DNA from: an uncultured Spirochaetales bacterium
GTDB taxonomy: Bacteria; UBP6; UBA1177; JAKLFG01
NCBI GenBank assembly: GCA_964415795.1
Contig: CAYQBN010000007.1
Span: forward strand, 14,546-78,545
Reading direction: 5' to 3'
DNA: 64,000 nucleotides
This document shows positions 19,873 to 29,211 of the stretch, one piece after another (positions within the stretch are counted from its first letter, which is position 1; the number at the start of each line of letters is the position of its first letter). The notes beneath the pieces were generated by a model that was not told the origin of the DNA, did not search any database, and saw nothing but the letters and a program-made list of their open reading frames with translations. The translations under genes and the position numbers were made by a program.

Positions 19873-20898
19873 ATGACAAATGGAGCCTATCGCAAGGCAG
19901 GGGTCAACATTGAGGAAGGAAATCGCCTCGTTCCCCTGATCAAGGAACTGGTGAAAAAGACCCACCGCCCCGAGGTGCTTGCCGGTATCGGCGGCTTTTC
20001 GGCGATGGTGACGATACCCAAAGGAATGAAGAGACCGGTGCTTGTGAGCGGCACCGACGGCGTCGGCACGAAACTGAAGCTCGCCTTCATGGCGAAACGC
20101 TACGATACGGTCGGCATCGACCTCGTCGCCATGTGCGTGAACGATGTCCTCGTCCTCGGTGCCGAGCCGCTCTTCTTTCTCGACTACTTCGCGACCGGCA
20201 AGCTCTCGGCCGACATTGCGGCCTTTGTCGTCAAAGGGATCGCCGAGGGATGTGCGCAGGCCGGCTGTGCCCTCGTCGGGGGCGAAACGGCCGAGATGCC
20301 CGATTTCTATCCTCCGGGCGAATTCGATCTCGCCGGCTTCGCGGTCGGCGTGGTAGACCGCGACAAGATCGTCGACGGATCCACGATAAAGGCAGGCGAT
20401 GTGCTCATCGGCATTCCCTCGAGCGGGGTACATTCGAATGGGTATTCGTTGGTACGACGCATTCTGTTCACTCAGCAGAAGCTCAAGATACACAGCCGCA
20501 TACCCGAACTCGGCGGGACCGTCGCCGACATTTTCCTCACCCCGACCATCATCTATGTGAAGACCATCAAGAAGGTGTTGAAAAAGATACCGGTCAAGGG
20601 GATGGTGCACATTACCGGCGGCGGCTTCTATGACAACATCCCGCGGGTGATCCCCGAGAAACTGGCGGTCGAGATACACGGCGATTTTTCCGTGCCGCCG
20701 CTCTTTCATTGGCTCAAGGGAGCGGGAGGCGTCTCGGAACGCGAGATGTTCACCGTCTTCAACTGCGGCACCGGGTTCATCTGCGTCGTCGCCAAGGAGC
20801 ATGCCGAAACGGCGATGCGCCTCACCGGGGGACATCTTGTCGGCACGGTCGTGAAACGCCGTGATAAGGCGGTCACCTTTGTGAAGAAATACTTTTAA
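19873..20898 (+). CDS. purM: phosphoribosylformylglycinamidine cyclo-ligase (AIR synthetase)
   Basis: The N-terminus [16 protein letters not shown], the [10 protein letters not shown] motif and the AIR-synthase C-terminal domain are present. Start at the ATG preceded by the GAGGAG RBS. Confidence 0.9.
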   Translation: MTNGAYRKAGVNIEEGNRLVPLIKELVKKTHRPEVLAGIGGFSAMVTIPKGMKRPVLVSGTDGVGTKLKLAFMAKRYDTVGIDLVAMCVNDVLVLGAEPLFFLDYFATGKLSADIAAFVVKGIAEGCAQAGCALVGGETAEMPDFYPPGEFDLAGFAVGVVDRDKIVDGSTIKAGDVLIGIPSSGVHSNGYSLVRRILFTQQKLKIHSRIPELGGTVADIFLTPTIIYVKTIKKVLKKIPVKGMVHITGGGFYDNIPRVIPEKLAVEIHGDFSVPPLFHWLKGAGGVSEREMFTVFNCGTGFICVVAKEHAETAMRLTGGHLVGTVVKRRDKAVTFVKKYF

Positions 20899-20907
20899 GG
20901 AGATCCC

Positions 20908-21480
20908 ATGCGCCGGTTCATTCTTTTCGCCATTATCCTCTCTCTCTGCGGGACATGCTCGAAGAGAACCGAAGAAGGCGTCGCGGTTCCCTCGACCCAA
21001 CCGAAACTTCCCGATCCGATCGAAGCGGCCGGCCGGGAACTCGACAAGGAACTCACCGAAGAGGACTTCCAAAAGGGGAAGAATCTCCTCGGCATCACGA
21101 TGAGATCTCTCTCGAGCGACAAGCTGGTGAAATTCTCCGATTACAAAGGAAAGAAGATCATCGTGGACTTCTGGTCGAGCTGGTGCGTCCCGTGTATCGA
21201 GATGTTCCCCGACATCGAAAGGATAAAGAAAGATTTCGAGGAAAGAGCCGGTACAGTGAAGGTGCTTTCCATCAGCGTTGATCCGATCGCTGAGAATGCC
21301 CGAAAGATCATGAGGAAGCAAGGCGTTTCCTTCGAAGTCCTGCAGGCTCCCGAGTCGCTCCAAGCGGCGGGCATACTCCTTCCCTACACCGTGTTCACCG
21401 ACGAGAAGGGAACCGTCGTGGCCGTCACCAACGGGAAGCATACCTATGCGGAAATAAAGAATCTGGCGGGGATCCCGTGA
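20908..21480 (+). CDS. TlpA/ResA-like thiol-disulfide oxidoreductase lipoprotein (thioredoxin fold)
   Basis: Lipobox signal MRRFILFAIILSLCG|TC and the thioredoxin active site WCVPC (KKIIVDFWSSWCVPCIEMFPDIE). Confidence 0.75.
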   Translation: MRRFILFAIILSLCGTCSKRTEEGVAVPSTQPKLPDPIEAAGRELDKELTEEDFQKGKNLLGITMRSLSSDKLVKFSDYKGKKIIVDFWSSWCVPCIEMFPDIERIKKDFEERAGTVKVLSISVDPIAENARKIMRKQGVSFEVLQAPESLQAAGILLPYTVFTDEKGTVVAVTNGKHTYAEIKNLAGIP

Positions 21481-22442
21481 TCCCGTGCGACTTCTGCGAA
21501 CACCGCTGTCGGATCGAAGAAGGCAAACGGGGTCGTTGTGGCATTCGAGAGAACCGGAACGGAACAATCGTTACGGTGAATTATGGACGACTGGTATCTC
21601 TCGCGCTCGATCCCGTCGAGAAAAAACCGCTCTATCATTTCTTGCCCGGGACCAAGACGCTGTCGCTTGCTCTACACGGTTGCAACTTCTCCTGTCGCTT
21701 TTGCCAGAATTACTCGATATCGCAAAGAGAGTTCTTCGATCCTGACGCCGGCGAGGCGATGTTCCCCGCCGAAGTGGTACGACTCGCCAAGGAACGACGA
21801 ACACCGAGCATCAGTTTCACCTACAGCGAGCCCACCGTGTGGCAGGATTATCTCCTCGATACCGCCCGTCTTGCCCACGCGGAAGGTATACGCACCATCA
21901 TGGTCACGAACGGCTACTGTACCGAGGAGGCGCTCGATCGTCTCCTCCCTGTCGTGGACGCTTTCAACATCGACCTCAAAGGAAGCGATACCTTTTATCG
22001 TAACCAGTGCGGAGCAATGCAAGAACCCGTGCTCCGTAACATTGCCCGCATCGCCGCGGATCCCGGCAAGGTGCTCGAGGTGACGACGCTCGTCATCGAC
22101 GCGCTTCATGACGACGACGAGATCCTGTCGCTCGGACGCGCCCTTGTCGAACGCGGCGTTCAGGTGTGGCACCTCTCGGCGTATCACCCCGCATACCGCG
22201 CCACCGAACCGCCGACCGATCCACGGTATCTTGTGCGTCTCTTCGACCGGATACGAAAAGAGGTCCCCCTCCCCCACCTCTACCTCGGTAACCTCTGGAG
22301 TACCGAAGGAAGCGAAACGCGGTGTGCATCCTGCGGGACCCCTCTCATCGCCCGCCGAGGGTTCACCGTTACCTCCTCTGCTCTCCAAGAGGGGAATTGT
22401 CCCTCATGCGGTGCTCCCCTCTACGGCATCTTTCGCGTTTAG
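21477..22442 (+). CDS. amrS: AmmeMemoRadiSam-system-type radical SAM enzyme (AmrS, PflA-like activase family)
   Basis: GTG start overlapping the tlpA stop (GTGA). It has the N-terminal Cys cluster CDFCEHRCRIEEGKRGRCG, the DPVEKKPLYHFLPG motif, the radical SAM site GCNFSCRFCQNYSIS and C-terminal CASCG/CPSCG pairs. This is the AmrS hallmark layout. Confidence 0.7.
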   Translation: MIPCDFCEHRCRIEEGKRGRCGIRENRNGTIVTVNYGRLVSLALDPVEKKPLYHFLPGTKTLSLALHGCNFSCRFCQNYSISQREFFDPDAGEAMFPAEVVRLAKERRTPSISFTYSEPTVWQDYLLDTARLAHAEGIRTIMVTNGYCTEEALDRLLPVVDAFNIDLKGSDTFYRNQCGAMQEPVLRNIARIAADPGKVLEVTTLVIDALHDDDEILSLGRALVERGVQVWHLSAYHPAYRATEPPTDPRYLVRLFDRIRKEVPLPHLYLGNLWSTEGSETRCASCGTPLIARRGFTVTSSALQEGNCPSCGAPLYGIFRV

Positions 22443-22457
22443 GATTGCTCAGTAGTC

Positions 22458-22889
22458 TCAGCAGGCGTCGAGTTTCTTCACTCGTCGCTCGTGACGACCT
22501 CCCTCGAACGGCGTCGAGAGGAATACCGTCACCAGCCGTTCCGCCTCTGCGGCAGCGAGGAACCGTCCGCCGAGACAGATGATGTTCGCATCGTTGTGCT
22601 CGCGCGCCAGTTTCGCATACTCCTCCCGGTGCACGAGCGCCGCCCGGATACCGGCATGGCGGTTCGCCGCGATCGACATCCCGATACCGGTGCCACAGAC
22701 GAGAATGCCGAAGTCGGCTTTCTTCGCGAGGATATCCTGCACGACAAGCGCCGCGTAATCAGGATAATCAACCGAGGCTTCGTCAGGACAACCATGATCG
22801 ACGACCTGATGCCCGTTTTTTCCGAGGAACACGACCAGATGCTTCTTGAGCGCAAAACCGCCGTGATCCGATGCAATGGCAACGATCAT
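22458..22889 (-). CDS. rpiB: ribose-5-phosphate isomerase B
   Basis: 143 aa. The MIVAIASDHGGF and LVCGTGIGMSIAANRH motifs match the RpiB/LacAB fold. Confidence 0.9.
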   Translation of the reverse strand: MIVAIASDHGGFALKKHLVVFLGKNGHQVVDHGCPDEASVDYPDYAALVVQDILAKKADFGILVCGTGIGMSIAANRHAGIRAALVHREEYAKLAREHNDANIICLGGRFLAAAEAERLVTVFLSTPFEGGRHERRVKKLDAC

Positions 22890-22924
22890 TTTCTCTTCTC
22901 CCTTATCGGTTCACCTCTCACGAC

Positions 22925-23851
22925 TCACGAGACGAACTCTACGGTAGCATCCACCGGGAAACGGCCGCTTTTACGCGCGATGGCAAGGCTCGTCTCCCAT
23001 GAGGCCGGGACATGGAACACCCGTTCGCCGCGCACTGCCAGTTCGATGAGCGCTTCGGCGATCACCACCTGACCAAGATTATCGGGATAGGGCGTTCCAG
23101 CAAGATTCTCTGTAGGCAAACCGACCCGTATCGTGGGGATGCCCGCTTCCTGCGCCGCAAGGAACAGGTCGGCGGCCCGTGCTATAGCAATCTCCGGACT
23201 GAACGCGGCCTCACTGCGCAGCAGTTTTTCGGCGATCCTCGTTCCCGTTAGCGGCATAAAAGGATAGATGCGTATCGCGTCAGGGCGCATCGCGGGGATG
23301 GCATGGCAGGTCACGGCGACATCATCCGGTTCCTCGTCGGGGTATCCGCTCATAAATTGAAGAACAACTAAGAGACCTGCATCCTTGAGAATCTTCACCG
23401 CACGCCGCGTATCGTCGGCAGTATGCCCCCGTTCCATTGCCTCGAGCAATCGGTCGGACATCGTTTGGGCACCGAGCTCCACCACGGAAAACCCGTTTTC
23501 CTTGAGGAGCCGCGCCCGCTCCCGGTCAATCGCATCGGGCCGCGTCGAACAGCGAAGCGCTCCCACGAGGCCTTTTGCAAGAAGCTCTTTTCCGACCGCG
23601 AGATATTCGTCCCGTTCGCGCACCGGCAAGGCGGTGAAACTGCCGCCATAGAACGACAGCTCGACCGGCCGGTCACCCGCCGACCAGCGGCGGTACTTTT
23701 CGACGACGGCGAAGATCCCCTGCGGAGCATCGCCTTCTCCCGCGATCGCCTTCTGATCGCAGAAAGCACACCGGTGAGGGCATCCACGGTGCGTGATGAA
23801 AATGGGGACAACGAGCGGCCGCCCGCTGGGCGCAACGCCACGAAAAACCAT
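22925..23851 (-). CDS. radical SAM family protein
   Basis: CxxxCxxC site (GCPHRCAFCDQ) near the N-terminus with a TIM-barrel-like remainder. The subfamily is not assignable by eye. Confidence 0.6.
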   Translation of the reverse strand: MVFRGVAPSGRPLVVPIFITHRGCPHRCAFCDQKAIAGEGDAPQGIFAVVEKYRRWSAGDRPVELSFYGGSFTALPVRERDEYLAVGKELLAKGLVGALRCSTRPDAIDRERARLLKENGFSVVELGAQTMSDRLLEAMERGHTADDTRRAVKILKDAGLLVVLQFMSGYPDEEPDDVAVTCHAIPAMRPDAIRIYPFMPLTGTRIAEKLLRSEAAFSPEIAIARAADLFLAAQEAGIPTIRVGLPTENLAGTPYPDNLGQVVIAEALIELAVRGERVFHVPASWETSLAIARKSGRFPVDATVEFVS

Positions 23852-23942
23852 GCCGCCTCCTTAGAACGGCTCCCTTTATCAGAAAGAGGAGTAGATGTCA
23901 AAAAAAGTCCTGTTTTCGGAAGGTTACCTGCCTCAAAAAAAC

Positions 23943-23970
23943 TTGTCTTCCTTCAGAAAGAACATAGTAT
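23943..23970 (+). promoter_or_regulatory. candidate promoter for the 24018 gene (TTGTCT-16-TAGTAT)
   Basis: -35-like TTGTCT at 23943-23948 and -10 TAGTAT at 23965-23970. An AAAGGAGG RBS precedes the ATG at 24018. Confidence 0.3.
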
Positions 23971-24017
23971 CGCGCCGGGATGGTTCTCTGATCATAAACA
24001 AACTTTGGTAAAGGAGG

Positions 24018-24479
24018 TTGTTCATGCGTTCGGTGTTCTTTGGTCTGCTCGTTACGGTGTTGTGCACGGTCATTTCGGCACAGGATGCGGTCAAACCGGC
24101 TGATCTCAAGAAACAGCAAAAAGCCGAAATGGAAGAGCTCGTGAAAAAGCACAAAGAGGCGAAGGCCGAGATGGACAAGCGGCACAAGGAGGAGATGAAG
24201 GCGCTCGATGAAGAGTGCAAGACGAAGAAGGCCGAGATGAAAAAGACCCACGAGGAGGCGCTCAAGGCCGAGACCGACAAGGCAAAGAAAGAAGAGCTCA
24301 AGAAGACGCAGAAGGCCGAAAAGGAAGCCGCCGAGAAAGAGATGAAGACCAAGAAAGAGGAACTCAAGAAGAAGCACGCCGACGAGAAAAAGGCGCTCAA
24401 GGAGTCGCAGGATGCCGAGGTGAAGGCTCTCAAGGAACAGCACAAGGCAGCACTCGACGCGCTCAAGCCGGCGAAGTAA
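24018..24479 (+). CDS. small secreted K/E-rich LTXXQ (Spy/CpxP-like) family protein
   Basis: Signal peptide MFMRSVFFGLLVTVLCTVISA|QD, then about 130 aa of charged helical repeats (KKQQKAEMEELVKKHKEAKAEMDKRHKEEMKAL...). It is a paralogue of the 51008 gene, and both carry a single Cys. Confidence 0.4.
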   Translation: MFMRSVFFGLLVTVLCTVISAQDAVKPADLKKQQKAEMEELVKKHKEAKAEMDKRHKEEMKALDEECKTKKAEMKKTHEEALKAETDKAKKEELKKTQKAEKEAAEKEMKTKKEELKKKHADEKKALKESQDAEVKALKEQHKAALDALKPAK

Positions 24480-24482
24480 TCA

Positions 24483-25910
24483 TCACCCTTTTCCGCTCTT
24501 TTTGGCCCGGGCGTGTTGCCCGGGCTTTTTTTCACGGGTTCCTTTCGCCGCCGGCTCTACCACGGCAACCGTTTCGATGTGGCCGGTGTGAGGAAACAGG
24601 TCGACCGGCTGCGCCTCTCGGGTGACGAATCCATGCGCCTCGAGGACCCCGAGGTCGTGCGCCAGCGTTCCCGGTTCACAGGAAACATAGACGATACGGC
24701 GGGGTCGTGCCGCGGCGAGCATCGCAAGGAGCCGTTGCGAACAGCCGGCTCGCGGCGGGTCGAGAATCACGACGGAGGGCCGCAGATCCTTTTGGAGCAA
24801 AGAAGAAACGGCCGGCGTCACATCACCGCACATGAAGCGCGCGTTCCGTACCTTATTGAGGATCGCGTTCCGTTCCGCGTCGGCGATCGCTTCCGGAGAA
24901 AGGTCAACGCCCCACACCATGTGTGCATTCGCGGCGGCGAGCACCGCGAGCGTTCCGATACCGGTGTAAAGGTCGAAGATGATGTCCTTTTTCGTGATCT
25001 CCGCATAGGAGAGCACTGTCCGATAGAGCGTCTCGGTCTGTGCGTGGTTCACCTGATAAAAGGCATTGGGGGAGACTTCGAACGAGGATCCGAGCAGTCG
25101 ATCGGTCAGCCGATCTTTGCCCCACACGAGCCGGTTCTGCGGCGAGAGAATCACGCGGGTCCGGCGCGTATTTTTGTTGACGATCACTCCGACGAGACTG
25201 GGAACCGCCGCACGCGCCGCCGTAACGAACGCCTCCTCAGCGGGAAGCCGTTCGCCGTTGAGCACGAGGATGCACAGCACCTCTCCGGTCGCCTCTCCCT
25301 TCCGCGTCATGAGATAGCGTACGAGTCCGGTCCCCCGCTGGTCATCGTAAGGAGAGATATGATGCGTTTCCATGTGGGCAAGGAGGACCTCTTTCAGGAT
25401 GTCGGCTTCCGGATGCTGAATAGGACAGCCGCGATTCGGCACAATGTGGTAACTTACCGGCGCATAGAAGCCGATGAGCGGGAATTTGCCGCTTGACCCG
25501 ACTGGATACTGCACCTTGTTGCGATAGTGCCACGGATCGCTCATCCCGATGACCGGGAGAACGGGGACCGATCGGTCCTCGAGCTCACGGCGAAGAGCGT
25601 CCCGCACCCGTCGCCGTTTCCATTCGCGCTGCGCCTCATAGGAAAGCATCTGGAGCGTACACCCACCGCACTTGCCAAAGACGGGGCATCGCGGGGGAAC
25701 GCGCGTCGGCGACGGCGAGAGGATGCGGACCACCTCCGCCTCGGGATAGACCGCCTGCGGGTTTTTGACCCGAACGATCGCCTGCTCGCCGGCAATGAGG
25801 TTCGCGATCAGGATCTTCTTGCCGAACGCATGAACGATGCCGGCCCCCGAGGCATCCTGCCCGTCAACGGTCACGCGTATTGTTCGATCGCTCTCGCCTC
25901 GGCGAGGCAT
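24483..25910 (-). CDS. rlmD: 23S rRNA (uracil-C5)-methyltransferase RlmD/RumA family
   Basis: N-terminal TRAM domain, a Cys cluster (CPVFGKCGGCTLQ), the SAM-binding MTase motif DLYTGIGTLAV and the catalytic C-terminal region. Confidence 0.85.
   Translation of the reverse strand: MPRRGESDRTIRVTVDGQDASGAGIVHAFGKKILIANLIAGEQAIVRVKNPQAVYPEAEVVRILSPSPTRVPPRCPVFGKCGGCTLQMLSYEAQREWKRRRVRDALRRELEDRSVPVLPVIGMSDPWHYRNKVQYPVGSSGKFPLIGFYAPVSYHIVPNRGCPIQHPEADILKEVLLAHMETHHISPYDDQRGTGLVRYLMTRKGEATGEVLCILVLNGERLPAEEAFVTAARAAVPSLVGVIVNKNTRRTRVILSPQNRLVWGKDRLTDRLLGSSFEVSPNAFYQVNHAQTETLYRTVLSYAEITKKDIIFDLYTGIGTLAVLAAANAHMVWGVDLSPEAIADAERNAILNKVRNARFMCGDVTPAVSSLLQKDLRPSVVILDPPRAGCSQRLLAMLAAARPRRIVYVSCEPGTLAHDLGVLEAHGFVTREAQPVDLFPHTGHIETVAVVEPAAKGTREKKPGQHARAKKSGKG
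24505..24532 (+). terminator. rho-independent terminator (GCCCGGGC-GTGTT-GCCCGGGC + T7)
   Basis: Perfect 8-bp GC stem with a 5-nt loop followed by TTTTTTT, 26 nt after the stop of the 24018 gene. The hairpin falls inside the last codons of the convergent rlmD ORF. Confidence 0.5.
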
Positions 25911-25998
25911 GAAAAGCCTCCTTTTATCCCGACACTTTCCCTATCGTTCACCGAGTCATGAAAGTCAAGGAATATGTCTCTTTCCGTTCTTTCTTTTC

Positions 25999-26026
25999 TT
26001 GCCACCGTCGCACGGCATGTTAGGAT
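25999..26026 (+). promoter_or_regulatory. candidate promoter for rnj (TTGCCA-16-TAGGAT)
   Basis: TTGCCA at 25999-26004, a 16-nt spacer, and TAGGAT at 26021-26026. This puts the transcription start after the first in-frame ATG at 26030, so the ATG at 26054 is favoured. Confidence 0.35.
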
Positions 26027-26053
26027 GAGATGCCCTTAACGATGAGGTGTCTC

Positions 26054-27682
26054 ATGCGTGAACAACTGTCCCTCGTGCCGCTCGGTGGTCTGCGCGAGGT
26101 CGGCAAGAACTGCCTGCTTGTCATCTATGGCAAGGACGCGCTCATGATCGATTGCGGCATGGGGTTCCCCGGAAACGACGACTTCATGGACGACGATTTC
26201 TTCATTCCCGACTTCGACGCGATACGCCAACTCGAGGTCGATCTCGCCGGCGTCGTCGTGACGCACGGCCACGAAGACCATATCGGGGCGATCCCCTATC
26301 TGCTCCGCGACCATGAGGTCCCCGTCTACCTCACCGAGTTCCCCGCCGAACTGCTCAAGGAACGGATGGCGAAGGTATCGCGGTACAACACGCTCGTACC
26401 ACTCCCCGCCAAACGCAAAAGCGCGTTCGATGTCGGCCCCTTCTCGGTCAAGATGTTGCCGGTGCCGCATAGCATTCCCGAGGCAAAGGCTCTGCTCGTC
26501 TCCGTGGGCCCCTTCACGATCCTCCATACCGGCGATTTCAAGTGCGATGGATCGGGACATTCGCCATTTCACCAGAAGGTGCCCGAAGAGATCGATCTTA
26601 TGCTCGTCGATTCGACGAACATCGAACGGGAGGGCGCCTCCATTCAGGAAGAGGACATCATCCCCAACCTGCGACAGATCATCGCTGAGGCTGCGGGGCG
26701 GGTCATTGTCACTGCCTTTTCCTCGAACATCGAACGGATCCGCAACATCATTGCAATAGCCCGCGAAGAGGGGCGCGTCGTCGGTCTCATGGGACGAAGC
26801 GTCCACACCTACACGCGCATCGCCGAGAAACTCGGGCACTTAAAACTGCCCGCCTCGGTCATCACCGACGAAACGAAGTTCTCAACGATACCCGACGAGA
26901 AACTGCTCATGATTGTGACAGGGTCGCAGGCCGAACCGCGTTCCATCATGAAACGCCTCTCGCTCGATATGCTCAAGGCGGTGCCGCTCAAGTACGGAGA
27001 CACCATTCTCTTCTCGTCACGCATGATACCGGGCAACGAGACCGCCATCGGGCGGATGATGGACACCCTCGTCGAGAAGGGGGTCAATCTCTTCTACGAG
27101 GCGACCGCGCAAGTGCACGCCTCGGGCCACGGACGACAGGCTGACCTTCTCCTCGCGGCGCGCGAGGTGAATCCGACGCTCGTCGTGCCGGTACACGGCC
27201 ATCTGCGCTTCATTGCGCACCACTGCCGCCTGCTCGAGCGTGAGGGTTTCGCGACGCGCATGATCTCCGACGGCGATGTGCTCGTCTATACGAAAGAGTT
27301 CTCGGAACTGACGCGGCGCATAGATCTGCGCAAGCGCATCGTAAGCAACTACGACCCGGACCTCGTGGACATCGAGACGATCCGCGACCGCAAGCGGCTC
27401 GCGCGCGCCGGCGTCATGACGATCCTCCTCACCGTGAACCTCATCGAGGGGCGCCTCGTCACTCCACCGCGCTTCATCTCCGCCGGTATCGCCTCGGCCA
27501 CCGCGATGAAGAACATCGAGCACGAGTTGCGTACCCAGATATACGATTACTTCTCCGAAAAGAAAGGGATCGATCGCGACCTCGAGGCGATCGAAGAGGA
27601 CATGCGCATCCTCGCGCGCCGCTATCTCATGGAACTCACCGACAAGAAGCCGGTCGTCAATGTGCTGGTCGTGAAGGGCTGA
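26054..27682 (+). CDS. rnj: ribonuclease J (beta-CASP metallo-beta-lactamase RNase)
   Basis: LSLVPLGGLREVGKNC, HGHEDHIGAIPYLL and the beta-CASP motifs are present. The six-frame ORF begins at 26030. The start at 26054 is chosen because of the promoter position and the typical RNase J N-terminus. Confidence 0.9.
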   Translation: MREQLSLVPLGGLREVGKNCLLVIYGKDALMIDCGMGFPGNDDFMDDDFFIPDFDAIRQLEVDLAGVVVTHGHEDHIGAIPYLLRDHEVPVYLTEFPAELLKERMAKVSRYNTLVPLPAKRKSAFDVGPFSVKMLPVPHSIPEAKALLVSVGPFTILHTGDFKCDGSGHSPFHQKVPEEIDLMLVDSTNIEREGASIQEEDIIPNLRQIIAEAAGRVIVTAFSSNIERIRNIIAIAREEGRVVGLMGRSVHTYTRIAEKLGHLKLPASVITDETKFSTIPDEKLLMIVTGSQAEPRSIMKRLSLDMLKAVPLKYGDTILFSSRMIPGNETAIGRMMDTLVEKGVNLFYEATAQVHASGHGRQADLLLAAREVNPTLVVPVHGHLRFIAHHCRLLEREGFATRMISDGDVLVYTKEFSELTRRIDLRKRIVSNYDPDLVDIETIRDRKRLARAGVMTILLTVNLIEGRLVTPPRFISAGIASATAMKNIEHELRTQIYDYFSEKKGIDRDLEAIEEDMRILARRYLMELTDKKPVVNVLVVKG

Positions 27683-27695
27683 GGCGCGTCGAGGG

Positions 27696-29123
27696 CTAGT
27701 GTAGATTCTCCGATATCTCCCGTATCCGGTCTGCATGCGCGAGGATGAACAGGATATCGTTCTCTTGCAATTCGGTATTCCCCTTGGGCAGAAGTATGCG
27801 TTCCTCCCGGATAATGGAACTTATCAGCACATCCTTCCCGAGGGGGAGTTCCGATATCTTACTGCCGATGCAGTGAGCGTTCGGCCGGACATGGAGTTCG
27901 AACATGTCGATGTCGCTTTTCCGGGTGGTGTGCAGTTCGACCGTGTAGGGCGAAGCCGCCTGTTTCGGCGCGGTGAACCCTAAGAGCCGGGCAAGCGGCG
28001 CGAGCGTCAATCCTTGGAACAGGCACGAGAGGAACACGGCGAAGAAGATGAGGTTGAACACCATTCCCTGCGGATCGACATGAAAGGCGGCGGGGTAGGT
28101 CGCCAGCACGATAGGGACCGCCCCTTTGATGCCGCCCCACGCGATGAAGGCCTTCTCTTTGAGGGAATAGCCGAACGGCGCGGTCGACACGATGACGGCG
28201 AAAGGACGGGCGACGAAGATCAGGAACACCGCGACCAGAAGGCCGTCCTGCCAGATATGGACGAACTCGCGGGGAAAGGCCAGCAGGCCCAGCATGAGGA
28301 ACAGCGAGACATTGCCGAAGGTCGATATGCCTTCGAGAAAATTGCTTACCCCCCGCTTGGCGGCGAACTCCGAATTGCCCAGCCAGTAGCCCATGAAAAA
28401 GACCGCGATGATGCCATTCGCTTTGAGCAGGTCGGCCACACCATACGCAAGCAGGATCACGCCGACGATAAGCACATAGTAATTGCCGCGGTTCTCCGAT
28501 CTCAAATGGTCGAAGAGGAGTTTGGCGATGTGGGTGAAGACGAACCCGAGTAGAAGGCCCCCGGAGAACTGCCAAAGCAGATCCGCGATGAGCTGCGCCG
28601 TCGAGGCATAATTGCCGGTCAGCAGTTCCACGAAGGCGAGTGTCAGCAGTATGGCCATGGGATCGTTGGCGGCCGACTCCACATTCAGCGTGGTCGAAAG
28701 CCGTTCTTTGACGGGATGCTGTTTGGTGATCATGAAGACCGCCGCCGCATCGGTGGAAGAGATGATGGAGGCGATCATCATTGAATAGAGGAGTTCATAG
28801 CCCAAAAGAAGATGTATGAGCGAACCGAGCACCAGCGCGGTGAGAACAACGCCGAGCGTGGCGAGCGTGATCGCGGGGGCGGCGACCTGTTTGAATTGTC
28901 GTTTGGTGGTGCGGAAACCGCCCTCGAACAGAATGAAGATGAGCAGAATATCGGCTATCTTCTTGGTGAGATCGGCATCGCTGAAGTAGAACAGATTGAG
29001 AACATCGCTCCCGACGATCAGGCCGATCGCAAGAAAGACGAGGAGCAACGGGACGCCAAGTTTTGAACTTATCTTGGTCGAATACACGGCCAGCACTATC
29101 AGGAACGCGAAAAAAAGAAGCAT
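27696..29123 (-). CDS. K+/H+ antiporter (CPA1/NhaP2 family) with a C-terminal RCK_C (TrkA-C) domain
   Basis: About 11 TM helices typical of Na/H-exchanger family transporters, followed by a cytoplasmic TrkA-C-like domain (NTELQENDILFILAHADRI). Confidence 0.8.
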   Translation of the reverse strand: MLLFFAFLIVLAVYSTKISSKLGVPLLLVFLAIGLIVGSDVLNLFYFSDADLTKKIADILLIFILFEGGFRTTKRQFKQVAAPAITLATLGVVLTALVLGSLIHLLLGYELLYSMMIASIISSTDAAAVFMITKQHPVKERLSTTLNVESAANDPMAILLTLAFVELLTGNYASTAQLIADLLWQFSGGLLLGFVFTHIAKLLFDHLRSENRGNYYVLIVGVILLAYGVADLLKANGIIAVFFMGYWLGNSEFAAKRGVSNFLEGISTFGNVSLFLMLGLLAFPREFVHIWQDGLLVAVFLIFVARPFAVIVSTAPFGYSLKEKAFIAWGGIKGAVPIVLATYPAAFHVDPQGMVFNLIFFAVFLSCLFQGLTLAPLARLLGFTAPKQAASPYTVELHTTRKSDIDMFELHVRPNAHCIGSKISELPLGKDVLISSIIREERILLPKGNTELQENDILFILAHADRIREISENLH

Positions 29124-29211
29124 CGGTTCTCCGGTGCGTTATCCATCCACCCATTGAATGTATCAAAACCGGAAGGGTAAGACAAGAGTATCGGTCGAAG
29201 ATCTTTCGCGC

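Noticed and set aside
19741-21567. 608-aa minus-strand ORF
   Set aside because: Antisense to purM and tlpA. It is Arg/Gly-rich with no motifs.
23898-24535. Two overlapping minus-strand Leu/Phe-rich ORFs
   Set aside because: They are the antisense translation of the K/E-rich gene (AAG/GAA codons read as CTT/TTC) and therefore artefactual.
24513-25496. 327-aa plus-strand ORF
   Set aside because: Antisense to rlmD.
26036-26839. 267-aa minus-strand ORF
   Set aside because: Antisense to rnj.
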